From an uncultured Myxococcaceae bacterium (GTDB lineage: Bacteria > Myxococcota_A > Polyangia > Polyangiales > Ga0077539), in assembly GCA_966211675.1 (NCBI GenBank), contig CBIHPK010000002.1, forward strand, positions 76,245 through 140,244: DNA of 64,000 nt, in the 5' to 3' direction. Under the pieces are notes generated by a model. It was not told where the DNA came from and did not search any database. It worked only from the letters and a program-made list of their open reading frames with translations. A program made the position numbers and the translations under genes. Within the stretch, counting starts at the first letter, position 1; every line of letters begins with the position of its first letter. Shown here in pieces: positions 59,796 to 64,000 of the stretch.

Positions 59796-61532
59796 TCAGC
59801 TGGCGGACTTGTTCACGTCCGACAAGGTCACGCGGATGATCTCCTCGGTGGTGGTCACGCCCTCCAGGCACTTGGTGATCCCGCTCATGCGCAGGGTGCG
59901 CAGGCCGCAGCGGATCGCCTGGGTCTTGAGCTCCGCCGCCGAGGCGCCCTGGAGCACGAGCTCCTTGAGCTCGTCCCACATCGGCATGACCTCGTAGAGC
60001 GCCACGCGGCCGCGGTACCCGGTGCCGTTGCAGTTGGGGCACCCCTGGCCCTTCCAGAGCCGGCCGTTGGCCTGCGCGACCTCCTCCTCCTTGAAGCCGA
60101 TCTCGCGGAGCATCTCGGGGTTGACCTTGACCTCCTGCTTGCACTCCGAGCAGATGCGCCGCGCGAGGCGCTGGGCGAGCACGAGGGTCGTGGCGGCGGT
60201 CACCATGAAGGGCTCGATGCCCATGTTGAGGAGGCGCGAGACCGTCCCCGGGGCGTCGTTGGTGTGCAGCGTCGAGAGCACCATGTGGCCCGTGAGCGCG
60301 GCCTTCACGCCGATCTCCGCGGTCTCGAAATCGCGGATCTCGCCGACCATGATGATGTCCGGGTCCTGCCGGAGGAAGGACCGCAGGGCCGCGGCGAAGT
60401 TGAGCCCGATGTCGTCGTGCATCTGGCACTGGTTGATGCCCTGGAGGTTGTACTCGACGGGGTCTTCGGCGGTGGAGATGTTCTCGGAGATCTTGTTGAG
60501 CTCGGAGAGGGCCGAGTAGAGCGTCGTGGTCTTGCCCGACCCTGTCGGGCCGGTGACCAGCACCATCCCGAAGGGGTTGTGGATGGCCTTCATGAACCAC
60601 TCGAGCGCCTGCTTCTCGAAGCCGAGCTTGGTCATGTCCAGCTGCAGGTTGGACTTGTCCAACAGACGCATGACGATCTTCTCGCCCCAGATCGTGGGGA
60701 GGACCGACACGCGGTAGTCCATCTCCTTGCCGCCCGGCATCTTGAGCTTGATGCGCCCGTCCTGCGGGAGGCGTCGCTCGGCGATGTCGAGGCTCGACAT
60801 GATCTTGATGCGCGACGAGATCGCGTTCTTCATCTTGATGGGCGGGGACATCTCCTCGCGCAGCACGCCGTCGATGCGGTAGCGCACCCGGAGCTTCTTC
60901 TCGTAGGGCTCGATGTGGATGTCGCTCGCGCGCACCTTGATCGCGTTGAGCAGGATGGCGTTGCAGAGGCGCACGATGGGGGCGTCCTCGCTGGCCTTGG
61001 CCAGCTCCATCGCGTTGGCCTCGCTCTCCTCCTCCTCGCCGAACTCGATCTCGCCGTCGGCGAACTCATCGAGCACGTCGTTCATGTTGATGCCCTGGGC
61101 CTGCGCCTGGAACATCCGGTCGATGGCCGCGAGGATCGCGTTCTCGCTCGCGACCACGGGCTCGACGTTGTACGTCGTGAGGAAGCGCACCGCGTCGATG
61201 GCGTTGAGGTTGGTCGGGTCGCTCATCGCGACGATGAGCGAGGTGCCCGCCCGGGAGATGGGCACGATGCGGTGCTTCTCGCAGATCTCCTTGGTGACGA
61301 TCTTGCCGAGCTCGGCGTCGAGCTCCACGGCGTTGAGGTCGATGGAGGGGACGCGGTACTCCTGGGCCAGGAAGTTCGCGATCTCCTTCTCGGAGATGTA
61401 CCCGAGCTTCGCCAGGGCGTAGGTGAGGTTCTGCCCGGTGCGCTTCTGCTCGTCCTGCGCCGCCTTCAACTGCGTCAGGGAGATGCGCTTCTCGCGCACC
61501 AGAAGCTCGCCCAGGCGATTGCCGCTCGACAT
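59796..61532 (-). CDS. pilB: type IV pilus assembly ATPase PilB (GspE family)
   Basis: Start MSSGNRLGELLV… with GAAGGAGG upstream. N-terminal T2SSE_N domain, Walker A VTGPTGSGKTTTLYS, tetracysteine CSEC…CPNC motif. Confidence 0.93.
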   Translation of the reverse strand: MSSGNRLGELLVREKRISLTQLKAAQDEQKRTGQNLTYALAKLGYISEKEIANFLAQEYRVPSIDLNAVELDAELGKIVTKEICEKHRIVPISRAGTSLIVAMSDPTNLNAIDAVRFLTTYNVEPVVASENAILAAIDRMFQAQAQGINMNDVLDEFADGEIEFGEEEESEANAMELAKASEDAPIVRLCNAILLNAIKVRASDIHIEPYEKKLRVRYRIDGVLREEMSPPIKMKNAISSRIKIMSSLDIAERRLPQDGRIKLKMPGGKEMDYRVSVLPTIWGEKIVMRLLDKSNLQLDMTKLGFEKQALEWFMKAIHNPFGMVLVTGPTGSGKTTTLYSALSELNKISENISTAEDPVEYNLQGINQCQMHDDIGLNFAAALRSFLRQDPDIIMVGEIRDFETAEIGVKAALTGHMVLSTLHTNDAPGTVSRLLNMGIEPFMVTAATTLVLAQRLARRICSECKQEVKVNPEMLREIGFKEEEVAQANGRLWKGQGCPNCNGTGYRGRVALYEVMPMWDELKELVLQGASAAELKTQAIRCGLRTLRMSGITKCLEGVTTTEEIIRVTLSDVNKSAS

Positions 61533-61624
61533 CAAATGCCTCCTTCTCGTCGCCGATTGATCCGGTAGGGCCACTGTCGACGGGCGCGGTGCATCAGAGC
61601 GGTCGCGAGGTCGGGACAGCGCAC

Positions 61625-61644
61625 GGCGTGTTATCTATCACGCC
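61625..61644. promoter_or_regulatory. inverted repeat GGCGTG-ttatctat-CACGCC in the pilB / FHA-gene divergent spacer
   Basis: Perfect 6-bp arms around an AT-rich 8-mer, 17 nt upstream of the ATG at 61661. May be an operator, a -10-containing element or a 5'UTR hairpin. Confidence 0.3.
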
Positions 61645-61660
61645 TGGACGAGGATCATCC

Positions 61661-62812
61661 ATGTGGTCGTGGTTGTCGCGCGCATTCCGGTCGACCGGGG
61701 GAGCCGAACGGGCGGAGGCCGAGGGGCGGTTCGAAGACGCGGTGCGTCTCTACGTCGACGCGGGCTCCCGGGAGGAGGCGGTGCGGGTGCTCCTCGCCGT
61801 CGCGGAGACCACCCGGGGCCTGGAGGCTCGCCGGGCGCTGCTCACCCGGGCCGCGACCCTCTCCCGGGACGACGCGCAGCGGGCCGAGGCTCGCCGCCGC
61901 CTGGCCCGGCTCACGGTCGAGGAGGCGGAGGAGGACCACCCCCGCACCGACGACGACCGCCGCGCCCTGGCCGACGCCGCCCGCGCCCTCGAGGCCCTCG
62001 GCGAGCACGGCGACGCGGCCCGCGCCTACGTGGTGCTCGAAGACCGCGAGGGCATCGTGCGCACGCTCACCCTCTCCGGCGACGTCGAGGCCCTCGAGCG
62101 GCTGACCGGGGCGCGCGACGACGTCGACCGCCGCGGGCTGCGCCGCCGGGCCGCCACGGAGGACGCGGACACGCGATGGCGCTCGGGCGACCGGCCGGGC
62201 TCGCTCGCGGCGCTGCGGGCCTGGGTGGGCGCCAACGCGGACGACCACGAGGCCCGTCGCCTGCTCGACCAGCGGGACGCGTCGCTGCTGCGCGGCGGCC
62301 GGTGCGAGCTGCGCCTGGACGGCGAGGCGGTCAGCCTGATGGGCCGGCTGCCGCTGGTGATCGGCCGCGAGGGCGACCTGGTGCTGCGCGGGGCCGGGGT
62401 GTCGCGTCGGCACTGCGAGATCGCGAGGGCGAGCGATCCGGAAGGGGGCTATGAGCTCCGCGACCTGGAGAGCCGCTCGGGCACGCGACTCGACGGGCTG
62501 CGCATCGGCGCGCCCATGCGGCTGCGCGACGGGCAGCGCGTGGAGCTCGGCGACGACCTCGCGCTGCGGGTCGGCCTCGACGACGGGGGGCTCACATTGC
62601 TGGTCGAGCGCGGCCTCGACCGGGGCCGGCGCGTGGCGGTGCTGGCGGGGGCGTGGCGCTCCCCGATGGGCGTGCTGCGGGTGGGGGAGAGCGGGCTGCA
62701 GCTGGAGCCGTCGGAGCCGGTGCAGCTCAACGGGCAGCGGGTCGCGATGCCGATGGTGCTGGCGCACGGTGACCGCATCGACGGTCCGCGCGGGTGGATG
62801 GAGGTTCTCTAG
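61661..62812 (+). CDS. FHA-domain protein with a helical (TPR-like) N-terminal half
   Basis: Start MWSWLSRAF…. C-terminal FHA: …LVIGREGDLVLRGAGVSRRHCEI…LESRSGTRLDG…. Confidence 0.75.
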   Translation: MWSWLSRAFRSTGGAERAEAEGRFEDAVRLYVDAGSREEAVRVLLAVAETTRGLEARRALLTRAATLSRDDAQRAEARRRLARLTVEEAEEDHPRTDDDRRALADAARALEALGEHGDAARAYVVLEDREGIVRTLTLSGDVEALERLTGARDDVDRRGLRRRAATEDADTRWRSGDRPGSLAALRAWVGANADDHEARRLLDQRDASLLRGGRCELRLDGEAVSLMGRLPLVIGREGDLVLRGAGVSRRHCEIARASDPEGGYELRDLESRSGTRLDGLRIGAPMRLRDGQRVELGDDLALRVGLDDGGLTLLVERGLDRGRRVAVLAGAWRSPMGVLRVGESGLQLEPSEPVQLNGQRVAMPMVLAHGDRIDGPRGWMEVL

Positions 62813-62820
62813 GAGCGCCG

Positions 62821-64000
62821 ATGGGACTGCGAGACTGGCTCCGACGAATCACCCGTTCGACGCCCGACCCGGCCGTCCCCGCGGAGGCGGGAGAGGACGA
62901 TCGGGACCTCCCCCCGCCGGTGCTGTCGCCCGCGCAGGCCGCGCCCGCCCGCAAGGTCGACGGCGTCGAGGTGACCGAGCGCCTGCGGGCGATGCCGCCC
63001 GGGGACGCGGTGCGCCGGGCGGTCGCGGCGCTGCGAGGGGAGATCGACCCGGTCGCGGCGACGGGCCTCGTGCGGATGCTGCGGGAGCTCAGCGCGCGCG
63101 ACGACCTCGACGACGACGCGGGGCTGCTGCTCGCGGAGTACTTCCAGGGGCGGGGCGAGGCGGACGTGGCGGCGCGGGTGCTGGAGGCGTCCTCGCGGCG
63201 GCCCGGAGACGGTGCGCTGAGGGCCCGCCTCGGGCTCGCGGACCTGTGCATCGAGCGAGGCGATCGGGACGCGGCGGCGCGCTGGCTCGAGGAGCTGGTC
63301 GCGTGCGACCTGTCGTTCCCCGGGGCGCGAGAGCGGCTGCGGCGCCTGGGGGAGGGGGCCCGCCCGGGCGACGCCGGCGCGACGCTGCTGGCCCCGGACG
63401 CCCGCGCGGGCATCGGACGCTACGTGCTGATGAAGGAGCTCGGGCGCGGCGGGGCCGGGGCGGTGTTCCTGGCGAGGGACGAGCGGCTGGGCCGGGAGGT
63501 CGCGGTGAAGCTCCACCACGGCGGCGGGGGGAGGGAGGCGAGGCGAGCGCGGATGCGAGCGGAGGCGGAGGTCGCGGAGGCCATCCGCTCGGCGCGGGTG
63601 GTGCGGCTGCTCGACGTGAGGCCCGAGCAGGGGGCGCTGGTGATGGAGTACTGCGCGGGCGGATCGCTCCGCCAGGTGATCGCTCGCGGCCCCGTCCCGG
63701 CGGAGCCGGCGCGCGGTTGGATCCGCGACGTGGCGCTCGCGCTGGCGCGGGTCCACGAGGCGGGCTGGGTGCACCGTGACCTGAAGCCGGGCAACGTGCT
63801 GCTCCGAGCGGACGGCCGCGCGGTGGTCTCGGACCTCGGGCTCGCGCGACGCGCCGGGGAGCGCGCCGACGCGGTCGAGGGCACCCCAGGCTTCACCGCC
63901 CCGGAGGCGAGGGCGGGCGAGGCGATCGCGCCCGGCTCGGACGTGTACTCCTTCGGCGCGATGGGCCGCGCGCTCGGCCGCGGCGCGCCCCCGGCGCGCG
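62821..64000 (+). CDS. Ser/Thr protein kinase with a ~200-aa N-terminal non-kinase region (3' end outside the window)
   Basis: Not in the supplied ORF track because it has no stop in the window. My translation from ATG 62821 gives …GRYVLMKELGRGGAGAVFLARD…VAVKL…HRDLKPGNVLL…SDLGLAR…GTPGFTAPE…. Starts 8 nt after the FHA gene stop. Confidence 0.85.
   Translation, partial: MGLRDWLRRITRSTPDPAVPAEAGEDDRDLPPPVLSPAQAAPARKVDGVEVTERLRAMPPGDAVRRAVAALRGEIDPVAATGLVRMLRELSARDDLDDDAGLLLAEYFQGRGEADVAARVLEASSRRPGDGALRARLGLADLCIERGDRDAAARWLEELVACDLSFPGARERLRRLGEGARPGDAGATLLAPDARAGIGRYVLMKELGRGGAGAVFLARDERLGREVAVKLHHGGGGREARRARMRAEAEVAEAIRSARVVRLLDVRPEQGALVMEYCAGGSLRQVIARGPVPAEPARGWIRDVALALARVHEAGWVHRDLKPGNVLLRADGRAVVSDLGLARRAGERADAVEGTPGFTAPEARAGEAIAPGSDVYSFGAMGRALGRGAPPAR

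Noticed and set aside
62809-63774. Minus-strand ORFs (62809..63774, 62727..63413, 63420..63896) at the right edge, the only ORFs listed there in the track.
   Set aside because: The + frame from ATG 62821 is absent from the track because it has no stop before the window end. It encodes clear Hanks-kinase motifs (GRGGAGAV, VAVK, HRDLKPGN, DLG, GTPGFTAPE). The minus ORFs are shadows.

Overview
Very GC-rich chromosomal segment, roughly 70% GC by eye, with GC3-saturated codons and long stop-free antisense frames. Its gene content looks Myxococcota-like: many lipoproteins, Ser/Thr kinase, FHA and PP2C signalling, sigma-54 activators, and a pilB-pilT-pilC-pilS block. I support about 50 protein-coding genes. 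I found no rRNA, tRNA, CRISPR array, transposase, integrase or prophage genes. Housekeeping genes include gltX, recD2, pccB, pncB, sixA, tatA, a fadN-like/thiolase pair, deoC, serS, a family-4 uracil-DNA glycosylase and pgsA. Accessory content falls into four groups. (1) A type IV pilus block (pilB-pilT-pilC-pilS, with a separate TPR-pilD operon) is surrounded by FHA, STPK and PP2C genes and by an FHA-type sigma-54 activator where pilR would be expected. (2) Several large secreted proteins are built from tandem cysteine-rich modules: a ~1170-aa array of ~23 eight-Cys units, a 675-aa relative, and a beta-propeller protein ending in 11 six-Cys knottin-like units. A PSI-like lipoprotein and an NlpC/P60 enzyme with Cys/Trp repeats also belong here. 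(3) A two-gene operon of unknown envelope proteins sits next to the propeller protein. (4) Sequence-level oddities include a ~90-nt poly-C cluster (C14, C7, C6, C11) exactly where a lipoprotein gene should start, in-frame tandem repeats, an in-frame duplicated insertion in pilD, and an encapsulation-peptide-like extension on DeoC. I cannot name a defined novel system with confidence. All functional calls rest on motif recognition by eye and need HMM or BLAST confirmation.
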